A stretch of DNA of 64,000 nt from Nanobdellota archaeon (GTDB lineage Archaea; Nanobdellota; Nanobdellia; Pacearchaeales; GW2011-AR1), in assembly GCA_038045705.1 (NCBI GenBank), contig JBBSXO010000001.1, positions 1-64,000 of the forward strand, read 5' to 3'. Shown here one piece after another: positions 8,531 through 17,135 of this stretch. Under the pieces are notes generated by a model. That model was not told the origin of the DNA. It ran no database searches and saw only the letters and a list, made by a program, of their open reading frames with translations. The position numbers were made by a program, and so were the translations under genes. The stretch's first letter is position 1; each line of letters opens with the position of its first letter.

Positions 8531-8944
8531 ATGGAAAGACCTAGGAGAATTGGAATGGATGGATACATATCCGAAGAAAATAATAGGTTTAGACCATCCG
8601 TAAGATTTCAGACTAATTTAAATAGAACAACTAAGGATATAGCTTCATTAGTAGCTCGACCGTTAGGCTTTTTTATTCCAGGGCGTTACTACATAAGCGG
8701 TCCATATAATAGAGAAGCAAATCATGCAGAAATTTATGAAGAGAGTATATTTACACAAGGACGTGCTGTTCTCGAGGTCGTTAGTAAGATCGATTATGAA
8801 AGCAAAGTTATAGAACATGTTATATCAACTGGTCAAAGTAATCCCAAAGATATTAGCCTGAAAGATTTAAGAGAACTTCTAAGAAGATCATTTAGGCATA
8901 AAAGATTATTTCCTAAAAACCATCCAAAAATTAGGACTTATTGA
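8531..8944 (+). CDS. hypothetical protein
   Basis: 137-aa ORF with TTTAAAAA box upstream; no recognisable motif. Confidence 0.6.
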   Translation: MERPRRIGMDGYISEENNRFRPSVRFQTNLNRTTKDIASLVARPLGFFIPGRYYISGPYNREANHAEIYEESIFTQGRAVLEVVSKIDYESKVIEHVISTGQSNPKDISLKDLRELLRRSFRHKRLFPKNHPKIRTY

Positions 8945-9015
8945 CTCAAATTAATGGTTTCTAGCAACAGTTCGTACATCCAAAGGTTTAAAAACCACTT
9001 CTTAGTAGCAAACTT

Positions 9016-9357
9016 ATGACAAGAGACCTTACATTAACAGTAACAAACTGCTACAAAAGAGGAAATCTAGTGAGGACTTCATTTTATGCAAATGATATTG
9101 GATTTGATTGTAAGACTATTCCAGAATTAGCACAAGACTTAAGGTCAAATTATCCAAAACTTGTAGGAGCAGATTCTACCTATCGCAACGCTCGTCAAGA
9201 AGACTGCGAGATAATAATCTCTGAACCTGGAGAAGTTCTTATAGACAGACCATTTACTCAATCCGAGCTTGAATTATTTGCACAAGAACTGTCTAAACCA
9301 AAAGAAATGTCCAAACCTCGAAGAACAGGTAGAATACCTTTTCCTCCTCAAGACTAG
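9016..9357 (+). CDS. hypothetical protein
   Basis: 113-aa ORF with TTTAAAAA box upstream. Confidence 0.6.
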   Translation: MTRDLTLTVTNCYKRGNLVRTSFYANDIGFDCKTIPELAQDLRSNYPKLVGADSTYRNARQEDCEIIISEPGEVLIDRPFTQSELELFAQELSKPKEMSKPRRTGRIPFPPQD

Positions 9358-9429
9358 ATTTTAGTGTAAATAGCAAACGTTCGCACAACCTTTATTAACA
9401 CGTCTTTTGGGGTCCCTAAAAGCCACTTT

Positions 9430-9603
9430 TTAGTCAATTTTCTGCTTTTTTCGTAAAGTTAAGGTATTATCATTAGAAATTGCTTCCAATTCATCCCCTT
9501 CTTTGAATTTACATTGATCCATGATAACTGAGGGGATATTAATTTTATACTTATAGTATTCTTGATTTTTGTAAGTTCGAGACTTCTCTTTTAAGATTTT
9601 CAT
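9430..9603 (-). CDS. AbrB/MazE/SpoVT-like DNA-binding protein
   Basis: YYKYKINIPSVIMDQCKFKEGDELE swapped-hairpin pattern; ATG at 9603 chosen. Confidence 0.7.
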   Translation of the reverse strand: MKILKEKSRTYKNQEYYKYKINIPSVIMDQCKFKEGDELEAISNDNTLTLRKKQKID

Positions 9604-9655
9604 ATCTTTCAAAATGTAATCAAGTATTTAAATTTTTAGAGACCGAAATTGTTTT

Positions 9656-10069
9656 TTAATGTAAAATCTCTAGGGCTCTTTTTCGGCCACCTAGTATGTT
9701 AAATGGTTTATCAGAGAATTCTATTGTTCCCCCTACATTTTCAAGAAGGTAATCTATTACTGTTTCATTCCCTCTGTATCTTTTTACTCTCCCTCTTAAT
9801 GTTGCCTTTTGTAGTGGAATTCCCTGTGGTCCAATATATAATCTAAAATTATGATAATAACCTCCATTACCTGAATAGACTCGTTGACCCTCATACCCTT
9901 TATCTCCTCGATAATCTTCTCCAGCTTCAGGAGTAGGAGCAAAAACCACAAAAAATAAAGGACTCTCCCTTTCTTCTTCAATAGTTTTTGCTAAGTGTTC
10001 TAATTTATAATTTGCAGGAATATCTTCAAATACCAATTCCTTTCCATCCTTTAATATTAAATTTGTCAT
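9656..10069 (-). CDS. hypothetical protein
   Basis: 137-aa ORF; no recognisable motif. Confidence 0.6.
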   Translation of the reverse strand: MTNLILKDGKELVFEDIPANYKLEHLAKTIEEERESPLFFVVFAPTPEAGEDYRGDKGYEGQRVYSGNGGYYHNFRLYIGPQGIPLQKATLRGRVKRYRGNETVIDYLLENVGGTIEFSDKPFNILGGRKRALEILH

Positions 10070-10116
10070 TGTTTTTTGTAATTTTTAAGCCTATTTAACC
10101 CTTTCTTTTTGAAAAT

Positions 10117-10171
10117 CTAAGTTTTAAGCAACGCCTAAAAATTCTAGCTAACAGAAGAGGTTCGTATTAAT
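10117..10171 (+). repeat. 55-bp inter-gene site, copy D
   Basis: ctaagttttaa-gcaacg-cctaaa-aattctag-N12-gttcgtattaat. Confidence 0.6.
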
Positions 10172-10782
10172 TACTGATTTTCCCTTAATTTCTTACTTAT
10201 ATTTCCTAACTCTTCATAAACCCTTTCACTTAGTGATGCTACTTCTTCTAAAAACTTAGAATTATATACTAATCTTGAATATTCTACTCCGAAGTCTAGT
10301 AATCTTTGTAACTCTTGTATTTCTTTCAGCTCTCCTGTCGAAACAGTGACTCCTCCGGTGTCTTTCCCTGTTAGCACTTCTAAACTATGTTTTTTAGCCA
10401 AGTCTTTTGCAAGTTGTCCTCGTAATATAGCATCAAGGCAAATTAGTTTACTTATCGGATGTATCAAATTTAGACCTGGAAACAGCATTTCTGGATCTTC
10501 AACCACTCCAAGACTTACATAACCAAGATAATCATCTCCCTTAGAGCTAGAATCAAGAAACAAATTTAATTTTCCCTTCCCCTTATCAAAAATCTTAAAT
10601 AGGGGAATTGATGGAAATGTCCTGCTCGTTGCCCTTCCAAAAGCAGATTCTCTTTCATCAAGGGGAGTATATGTTCGCGGAATTGCATACACGTTAAATC
10701 TTAAGACATCCCAGGCTCCTAAATCTTCTACAAAAGGTTGCGAAAGAAGGTATGCTCTAGCTTTCTCAAAGTTTAAATCCAT
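10171..10782 (-). CDS. hypothetical protein
   Basis: ~203-aa ORF, ATG at 10782 with TTTAAA box upstream. Confidence 0.6.
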   Translation of the reverse strand: MDLNFEKARAYLLSQPFVEDLGAWDVLRFNVYAIPRTYTPLDERESAFGRATSRTFPSIPLFKIFDKGKGKLNLFLDSSSKGDDYLGYVSLGVVEDPEMLFPGLNLIHPISKLICLDAILRGQLAKDLAKKHSLEVLTGKDTGGVTVSTGELKEIQELQRLLDFGVEYSRLVYNSKFLEEVASLSERVYEELGNISKKLRENQ

Positions 10783-10853
10783 ACTGAACAAATTTATCTA
10801 TTGATATTTAAACCTTTTCTTTTAGTAACTATCTAGTAGTTATCTCGCACAAT

Positions 10854-10980
10854 CAAATATTCAATCATCGCTTAAAACTTCCAGCAAATAGGGAAAGGCA
10901 TAAACGAGTTCGTTTTATCCTTGCTTGATATTTCAGCTTATGACCTAATCTTTCAGCATAGCTAAGAAGTTCGGTTAAAC
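10854..10980 (+). repeat. two tandem inter-gene sites, copies E (10854-10919, 23-nt spacer) and F (10926-10980)
   Basis: caaatattcaa-tcatcg-cttaaa-acttccag-N23-gttcgttttatc; tgatatttcag-cttatg-acctaa-tctttcag-N12-gttcggttaaac. Confidence 0.6.
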
Positions 10981-11044
10981 CATTAAAATGGTAAAAGTAT
11001 TGTTTAATGGAAAAATATATAAACTATGGAATTACATTAGTTTT

Positions 11045-11302
11045 ATGGAAAAGATAGTTAGTTTTGATAAGCAGGGTAGACTGTATTTACCCGAAGAATT
11101 AAGAAAAAAACTACATTTTAAGATGTTTTTAGCTAAACTTCAAGGAAAAGGAGTTTTCTTAGAGCCTCTAGAAAGTGATCCGATAGAAGCTCTCGCAATA
11201 TTGGGAAGAGAAAAGTTGAAGCACAAGTCTATCGAGCAGCTCAAAAAAGAAGCGAGAGGAGAAATAGAGGAAAATGCACTCAAAAAAGTACGCAGACACT
11301 GA
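11045..11302 (+). CDS. AbrB/MazE-type antitoxin (VapB-like)
   Basis: DKQGRLYLPEELRKKL motif; overlaps a downstream PIN gene; ATG at 11045 chosen. Confidence 0.8.
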   Translation: MEKIVSFDKQGRLYLPEELRKKLHFKMFLAKLQGKGVFLEPLESDPIEALAILGREKLKHKSIEQLKKEARGEIEENALKKVRRH

Positions 11303-11654
11303 TTTTTTTCTTGCTTTAATGAAAGATTTTGATTGGTTAAAAGCAAATGCTAAAAAAATTTACGAATTTAACAAAGATAATATTTTTGTCACTTCTTTTA
11401 CAATAGTAGAGATAATGATTGTGTGTAAAAGAGAAAATATCTCAATAAAAGATACTTTAATTCAAATATCCAGAATTTCCAAATTAGAAAGTTTATCATG
11501 GGATATATTTTTTAAAGCTTGTAGTTTTATAGAAAAAGGTGCAACAATTTTTGACAGTTTATTGATGGCTTCTTGTAATTCTGAAGATCAAATAATAGGT
11601 TCAGACAATATTTATCAAAAATTTGGTTTTAATGTTATTGATCTAAAGAAGTAA
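11274..11654 (+). CDS. PIN-domain toxin (VapC family)
   Basis: YADTDFFLAL...E...FDSLLMA...IIGSD acidic PIN residues. Confidence 0.85.
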   Translation: MHSKKYADTDFFLALMKDFDWLKANAKKIYEFNKDNIFVTSFTIVEIMIVCKRENISIKDTLIQISRISKLESLSWDIFFKACSFIEKGATIFDSLLMASCNSEDQIIGSDNIYQKFGFNVIDLKK

Positions 11655-11733
11655 ATCTCTATTTTTTTACATATTTTCATGTGTATGAATTTGTGTGAGG
11701 AAAATTTAATTACTTAATTTGCCTTAATAAAAA

Positions 11734-11970
11734 ATGCAATCAGATAGTTATTTTAGTGATGAAAAAATCAAGCATATCTTACACAAATACAAAGAAATGT
11801 TTGCTGTTCTTGAGCAATATGATAAAACTCGCGAATGGCCTATTGGAAGAGCTAGATTAGATATTACTCTAAGCAGAAAGACTATTCTGAAATTAAAAAA
11901 ATTAAAGGAGAAAACAGGCAAGCCCATTTCACATATAATCGAAGAAGCTCTTAATATTTTAAACAAGTAG
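11734..11970 (+). CDS. ribbon-helix-helix (CopG-like) protein
   Basis: RLDITLSRKTILKLKKLKEKTGKPISHIIEEAL RHH pattern. Confidence 0.75.
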   Translation: MQSDSYFSDEKIKHILHKYKEMFAVLEQYDKTREWPIGRARLDITLSRKTILKLKKLKEKTGKPISHIIEEALNILNK

Positions 11971-12004
11971 AAAGCCTTAAATATCATTATGTATCATTAT
12001 CTTT

Positions 12005-12274
12005 ATGCAAAAAGAAATAAAAGCAATAACTCGGAAATGGGGAAATTCAATAGCTATAGTTATACCTAACGAGTTTGCAAATAAGGAAAATATTAAAGAA
12101 AATATTGAAGTAAAAATTACTATAGAGAAAACTCGTCCAAAAGCAGGAGTGTTATGGGGATTTGGAAAAGGAAAATTCAAAAGATCGACAGAAGAAACTA
12201 TTAAAGAGGTGAAAGCAGGGTGGTTAAGTGCTTCTGATCGAGAAAGAGAGGCAAAGTGGAAGAATCAGAAATAG
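12005..12274 (+). CDS. AbrB/MazE antitoxin
   Basis: RKWGNSIAIVIP motif; overlaps a PIN gene. Confidence 0.88.
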   Translation: MQKEIKAITRKWGNSIAIVIPNEFANKENIKENIEVKITIEKTRPKAGVLWGFGKGKFKRSTEETIKEVKAGWLSASDREREAKWKNQK

Positions 12275-12636
12275 AATATTTTTTTGATACTTATGCAATT
12301 ATAGAAATTCTTAATTCCAATCCGAATTATAAGAAATATGTTGATAAGCCTGCAGTAATAACTATTTTCAATTTGGCAGAGATTTATTATTTTTGTTTGG
12401 ATAATTTTGATGAAGACGAATTAGAAGAAATATATTCAAAATATAAGGATGCTGTTGTGGATATCGAAGATGAAACTTTAAAAAAGGCAATAAAATTCAG
12501 AAAAGAACATAAGAAAAAGGACATTTCATATACGGATGCAATAGGCTACATTTATGCTAAAGAGCATGGAATGAAATTCTTAACTGGAGATAAAGCTTTT
12601 GAAGGAATGGCCGGCGTAGAGTATGTTAAGAAATAA
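12256..12636 (+). CDS. PIN-domain toxin (VapC family)
   Basis: FFDTYAIIE...EI...SYTDAIGY...LTGDKAF. Confidence 0.88.
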   Translation: MEESEIEYFFDTYAIIEILNSNPNYKKYVDKPAVITIFNLAEIYYFCLDNFDEDELEEIYSKYKDAVVDIEDETLKKAIKFRKEHKKKDISYTDAIGYIYAKEHGMKFLTGDKAFEGMAGVEYVKK

Positions 12637-12654
12637 TTTTATCCTATTTTGATT

Positions 12655-12745
12655 ATCTTGCATAAATACAAAGAAATGTTTGCGGCTCTTGAGCAATATG
12701 ATAAAACTCGCGAATGGCCTATTGGGAGAACAAGACTTGATATTA
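12655..12745 (+). pseudogene. partial duplicate of the RHH gene 11734-11970
   Basis: 91-bp near-identical copy of 11776-11866 (ILHKYKEMFAxLEQYDKTREWPIGRxRLDI), lacking start and C-terminus. Confidence 0.85.
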
Positions 12746-12790
12746 GTTTAATCATAAAATTTAAATACTATAGCGAGTTATATAATCAAT

Positions 12791-13018
12791 ATGGCTCAAA
12801 CAACTATTCAAATAAGCAGAGAACTCCTTGAAAAACTAAAACAAAGAAAAATCAGTGAGAAAGAAAGCTATGAAGATGTAATTTGGGATTTGATGGAAGA
12901 TACAATGGAGTTATCTGAAGAAACAAAAAGATCAATAGAAGATGGAAGAAAACAGATAAAAGAGGGAAAAGTGCACAGTTGGGAAGATATCAAAAAGCGC
13001 TTGTCTTTAGATGTATAG
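12791..13018 (+). CDS. putative antitoxin
   Basis: TTIQISRELLEKLK...ESYEDVIWDL N-terminus and acidic C-terminus; overlaps a RelE gene. Confidence 0.8.
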   Translation: MAQTTIQISRELLEKLKQRKISEKESYEDVIWDLMEDTMELSEETKRSIEDGRKQIKEGKVHSWEDIKKRLSLDV

Positions 13019-13262
13019 TATAAAATTTTCAGACAAGGCATTAAGATTCTTTGAAAAATTAGATAAAAATATTCAAGATAGGATTGGTTCAGTATTAGAA
13101 AGAATTAAGATTCGTCCACAAGACTTTATTGAGAAACTTGTCGGAGAGCAAGGGTACAAGCTTAGGGCAGGAGATTATAGATTATTCTCAGATATAATAG
13201 AAAACCAACTTCTTATTTTTATTATAGAAATCAATCATAGAAAAAATGCTTATAAAAAATAA
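13011..13262 (+). CDS. RelE/StbE family toxin
   Basis: YSIKFSDKALRF...YKLRAGDYRL...HRKNAY. Confidence 0.88.
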   Translation: MYSIKFSDKALRFFEKLDKNIQDRIGSVLERIKIRPQDFIEKLVGEQGYKLRAGDYRLFSDIIENQLLIFIIEINHRKNAYKK

Positions 13263-13295
13263 TCACTTAGTGCTATCTACTCTTTCCCAATTGTC
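13263..13295 (-). pseudogene. remnant 3' end of the GT2 gene (DNWERVDSTK-stop)
   Basis: Encodes the same last 10 residues as 15250-16140; 20-bp identical core 13270-13289 = 15257-15276. Confidence 0.8.
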
Positions 13296-13444
13296 TCTGT
13301 AATATTTGCTTTCTTTTAAATTCGAAATAAAATCTCTTATGGGTTTATTTTATTGAGAATAAATGTTTTTCTATTATTTTTAATTAAACCACTGACAGAG
13401 TCAATTTAAGATAGATTTTTATAGTAAATTATTGTTTTCCAAAG

Positions 13445-15244
13445 ATGAGTGATAAAAGAATTTTACTTGGTTCTGCTCATTCAGTTATAGAGCCCCTAGG
13501 TTTATTGCATCTCGGAGGACTTGCCAGAGATATGGGCTGGGAGCGAGCTTACACTCTTGTTAAAGATCATGATTTTGATGAATTTTTTAGAAGAGTTAAT
13601 GAATTTAGACCAGATGTTGTGGGGTTTAATGTTTACACAGGAAACCATAACCAACTGCACGAAGCCTTAAAAAAACTTAGGAAAGATAATCCTCAAATAG
13701 CAGTAGTAGTAGGTGGTCCTCACGCAACTTATTTTCCTTCTGAAACGCGCGAATTTGCTGATTTTGTTGTAATGAGCGAAGGTTTTGGAGGACTCAAATC
13801 CATTTTAGAAGGAACTGCTGAAAAAGGAATATTGCCTATGTCTAGTGGCATGCGTTTTCCTCGTCCAGACAGAGAAACTTTCTATGCACAATTTCCAGAA
13901 CATGCAAATAGTCCAATAAAAAGTATTATCACTATGACTGGTTGCCCTTTCAAATGTAGCTATTGTTACAATGCTAGTACTGCAAGCACAGTTGCGGGTA
14001 ACATGCCTCCTGAAGTAGCTACACATTTAGCACAAACACTAGGGGTGAATGGAAGACTTTTCCCTACAAACATACGTTCTGTCGATGATGTAGTTGCAGA
14101 AGGTAGAGAAATAGTTGAGAAATGGCCAAATACTAGAGTAGTTTATATGCAAGATGATGTTCATGGTTTCGATACTAAATCGTGGATGCCTGAATTTGCA
14201 GCCCGTTGGCCTAAAGAAGTTGGAATTCCTTATCATGCGCAAATGCGATGGGAAATGGTAAAACCTGATCGACTTGATTTGTTAACACGAGCAGGTTGTT
14301 TTGGATTAACTTTAGCAATAGAATCTGCTCTAGACCAAGTGCGTAGCGAAGTGCTTAATAGAAGAATGCCTAATCAACTTATGTTTGACGGAATGAAGGC
14401 TGTTATTGAGAGAGGTTTGAAAGTTAGAACAGAACAAATTACGGGTTTACCTTATGGAGCAACTTCTGTAGAAACCCCTATTAATCTCGACGCAGATCTT
14501 GCCTTAGTCAAATTAAATGTAGATCTTCGTGCAATGTCTGGTGGACCAACTATGGCATGGGCTTCTACTTTAGCTCCTTACAAAGGAACTGAAATGGGGG
14601 TATATTGTGCAAGATTTGGACATTATGTAGGGAATAATAGCGATGTTCCAGATACATTTTTTGATAAGAGTGTATTGAGATTCCCAGCCAGATGGGTAGG
14701 TCCATCACTAGAACATAGGAAAGATGAATCTGGGATTTGGTTAGAACAAGATAAATTAGAAGAATACAGGGCGAGAAATGCAGAGTTAAGAAGAATCTTT
14801 AATTTTGTAACTCTTGTTCCAGAAGGCCATAAATTAGCAGGAGATTATCTCAAAAGTTCACAACCCTTTAGCCACAATAGATTAGGTGAAGATACTATTA
14901 CTCATCTTCGAGCTATGGGAGAAAATCCGAGGGCTCAGCAAATGCTTGAAAGAATAGATTTAATTAGAATTTATATTTCAGGTAGAGACATTGTAGATCC
15001 AGACTTAAGAAAAGATGTGGAATCCCTAGCCCCTTATTTCGCATGTATTCCTCATGGAACTTTGGCAGTAGATAGAGCTATTAAATATGCAACTAGAAGC
15101 AATGGACATGGAAAAGGAGTTGATCCTAAAGTATTATCCACAGCAGTAAGACATCATTTATATGATAATGATCTCTATGCTCATAATGGTGCGGGCCTAG
15201 GCGGAGAGCGTTTAGAAAATTCTAGAACTCCTTCAAAAGTTTAA
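13445..15244 (+). CDS. B12-binding-domain radical SAM protein
   Basis: N-terminal PLGLLHL...DVVGF...VGGPHAT cobalamin-binding domain; CPFKCSYC (CxxxCxxC). Confidence 0.9.
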   Translation: MSDKRILLGSAHSVIEPLGLLHLGGLARDMGWERAYTLVKDHDFDEFFRRVNEFRPDVVGFNVYTGNHNQLHEALKKLRKDNPQIAVVVGGPHATYFPSETREFADFVVMSEGFGGLKSILEGTAEKGILPMSSGMRFPRPDRETFYAQFPEHANSPIKSIITMTGCPFKCSYCYNASTASTVAGNMPPEVATHLAQTLGVNGRLFPTNIRSVDDVVAEGREIVEKWPNTRVVYMQDDVHGFDTKSWMPEFAARWPKEVGIPYHAQMRWEMVKPDRLDLLTRAGCFGLTLAIESALDQVRSEVLNRRMPNQLMFDGMKAVIERGLKVRTEQITGLPYGATSVETPINLDADLALVKLNVDLRAMSGGPTMAWASTLAPYKGTEMGVYCARFGHYVGNNSDVPDTFFDKSVLRFPARWVGPSLEHRKDESGIWLEQDKLEEYRARNAELRRIFNFVTLVPEGHKLAGDYLKSSQPFSHNRLGEDTITHLRAMGENPRAQQMLERIDLIRIYISGRDIVDPDLRKDVESLAPYFACIPHGTLAVDRAIKYATRSNGHGKGVDPKVLSTAVRHHLYDNDLYAHNGAGLGGERLENSRTPSKV

Positions 15245-15249
15245 ATTAA

Positions 15250-16140
15250 TTATTTGGTGCTATCTACTCTTTCCCAGTTATCTACTTTCTTGATTTTTTC
15301 AAACCTAGATTTATAGAATACCACTAACCACATGTAAAGTCTAGCAATTATTAACAAATTGTTCCAATAAAATTCTTTAATATTATTCGCATAAACATAG
15401 AGATTTAGAAATCCTTTAGCTTCTGTCCAAAAACTTTTAACTCTTGGAGTTTTTTTAGTGTCTACGTATTTATCCAGAGTTTCATGAGCTTTGCTTGTTC
15501 TAACTTTTTGCTTTACCCAATCTTTCCAATTTGTTACGTTTTTAACATATACAAGAGCTTTATCAGCATATCCTATCTTGTATTTTTTTTCCCAAAAATA
15601 ATAAGGTATTACAGCATCTTCAGCAGTATCTAGGGGTATTGTTATTTCTTTATTTGCTCTAAATGCAAAAAGGTAACCAGAACATTCAATAAAACTCTTA
15701 TTTGCAAATGCTTTTTCTCGTATGTTGTGTGCTGCATTAAATAGAAAATTAGCCCAGTAACCATATTTAGTGCTTCTATTTTCCCTTGGTACAGGCCTTC
15801 CAGTAATGCAACCAATTTGAGAATTTTCAAATAATTTTAATATCTCCTCGACAGCTTTATCATTCACATAAACATCTCCATCTGTTAATATTAAGATATC
15901 AGATTTTATTTTTTTAAACAATAAATTTAGAGCAAACATCTTTCCTTTTCCAGGATCTTTGAAAATCTTTATTTTCTTATTTTTCTTGGCATATTTTCTT
16001 GCAACATTTAAAGTTTCTTCATCAGGTGCAGAAACTAATATATCATAATGCCTTTTCGTTTTCTGATTTAGCATAGACTCAATTGCTTTTCCTATTGTTT
16101 TAGGTTCTTTGAATGATGTAATAATTACCGTAGTTTTCAT
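15250..16140 (-). CDS. glycosyltransferase family 2
   Basis: VIITSFKE, GKMFALN, TDGD (DxD), AED, KVR motifs. Confidence 0.88.
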   Translation of the reverse strand: MKTTVIITSFKEPKTIGKAIESMLNQKTKRHYDILVSAPDEETLNVARKYAKKNKKIKIFKDPGKGKMFALNLLFKKIKSDILILTDGDVYVNDKAVEEILKLFENSQIGCITGRPVPRENRSTKYGYWANFLFNAAHNIREKAFANKSFIECSGYLFAFRANKEITIPLDTAEDAVIPYYFWEKKYKIGYADKALVYVKNVTNWKDWVKQKVRTSKAHETLDKYVDTKKTPRVKSFWTEAKGFLNLYVYANNIKEFYWNNLLIIARLYMWLVVFYKSRFEKIKKVDNWERVDSTK

Positions 16141-16191
16141 CTATTACCGAGAACAAATTCTGTTATAAAGTTAATTATCTTTTATTTTAGT

Positions 16192-16219
16192 AAATTACAT
16201 AAACAGGAGTATATCTAAC
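16192..16219. other. candidate dif-like Xer recombination site
   Basis: AAATTACATAA-ACAGGA-GTATATCTAAC: 11-6-11 layout, arms resembling XerD and archaeal dif arms, ~45 bp past the xerA stop. Confidence 0.45.
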
Positions 16220-16262
16220 AGGAACAGAAACTGTTTCATCAACTCCCTCTAGGACATCTGAA

Positions 16263-17087
16263 TTATAAATTTTGTGTAAGGCGATCTAATGGATTTATTA
16301 TTTTCTTTAACTGTTCACTGGAAACATGAGTATAAATTTCTGTCGTGTTTAAATTTGTATGGCCTAGCAATTTTTGAATCATTCTAATATCTGTTCCTGA
16401 CTCAAGTAAATGTGTAGCAAAACTATGCCTCAATGTATGAGGAGTAACTTTTTTTTGAATATCTGCTCGGTTTCTAAGATTTTTAACTATCTTCTGAACA
16501 TTTCTTGTTGTAAGCGGATCTTCTTGTGAAAAAAGATATTTTGTACCCTCTCTTTTTTTGAGATATTCATTTAATTCACCAGCAAGAGCAGGAGATAAAG
16601 TAAACATTCTGTCTTTACCGCCTTTTCCAGATCTAACCCAACCAGTATTTTCAGAAAAATTTATATCACTAGGTTTTAAGTTTACAAGTTCAGAAACTCG
16701 AAGTCCTGATGAATATAGCAAAGATAAAATCAATCTCGATTTTCTAGTTTCAGCAGACTTCAATAACTTAGAGACTTCATCTCTAGTTAAAACCTCTGGA
16801 AGTTTTTTATCTTTTTTAGGCATTTTTATATCTCCAACTTCTTTTTTTAGAACCTCTGTAAAGAAAAATTTAAGTGAAGCAGCTGCCAACATTATAGTAT
16901 TCTTAGACTTTTCATCAAACATTCCTGCTAAGTATGTCCTCACATCTTCTTGAGTTAAACTTTCAACAGGTTTGTTTGCACTCTTCAGAAATTTATCTAC
17001 AAAAAATGAATAGTTTCTAACAGTTAATGGGGAAAATCCTCTAAGTTTTAATTCTGTATGTAATTTTACTAAAGCGTCTATCATCAT
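16263..17087 (-). CDS. xerA: XerA-like tyrosine recombinase
   Basis: N-terminal SAM-like domain; catalytic R (GLRVSE), K (GKGGKDR), HTLRHSFATH, LGH, Y (TTEIYT). Confidence 0.88.
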   Translation of the reverse strand: MMIDALVKLHTELKLRGFSPLTVRNYSFFVDKFLKSANKPVESLTQEDVRTYLAGMFDEKSKNTIMLAAASLKFFFTEVLKKEVGDIKMPKKDKKLPEVLTRDEVSKLLKSAETRKSRLILSLLYSSGLRVSELVNLKPSDINFSENTGWVRSGKGGKDRMFTLSPALAGELNEYLKKREGTKYLFSQEDPLTTRNVQKIVKNLRNRADIQKKVTPHTLRHSFATHLLESGTDIRMIQKLLGHTNLNTTEIYTHVSSEQLKKIINPLDRLTQNL

Positions 17088-17135
17088 CTCAGAATTAAAA
17101 TATGCCTTCTGTTTAAAAGGTTTTGTAATAGAAAT

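Noticed and set aside
12649-12831. 60-aa ORF as a functional gene
   Set aside because: It is a truncated copy of the RHH gene running into unrelated sequence; annotated as a fragment
7477-13262. Complete DGR or retron locus
   Set aside because: No reverse transcriptase ORF and no template repeat found by eye in this window
16263-17087. Integron integrase IntI with attC cassettes
   Set aside because: The 274-aa protein lacks the IntI-specific insertion before the HxLRH box, and the inter-gene sites do not show RYYYAAC...GTTRRRY palindromic structure
6828-17087. Provirus
   Set aside because: No capsid, terminase/packaging ATPase, portal or viral replication genes recognisable
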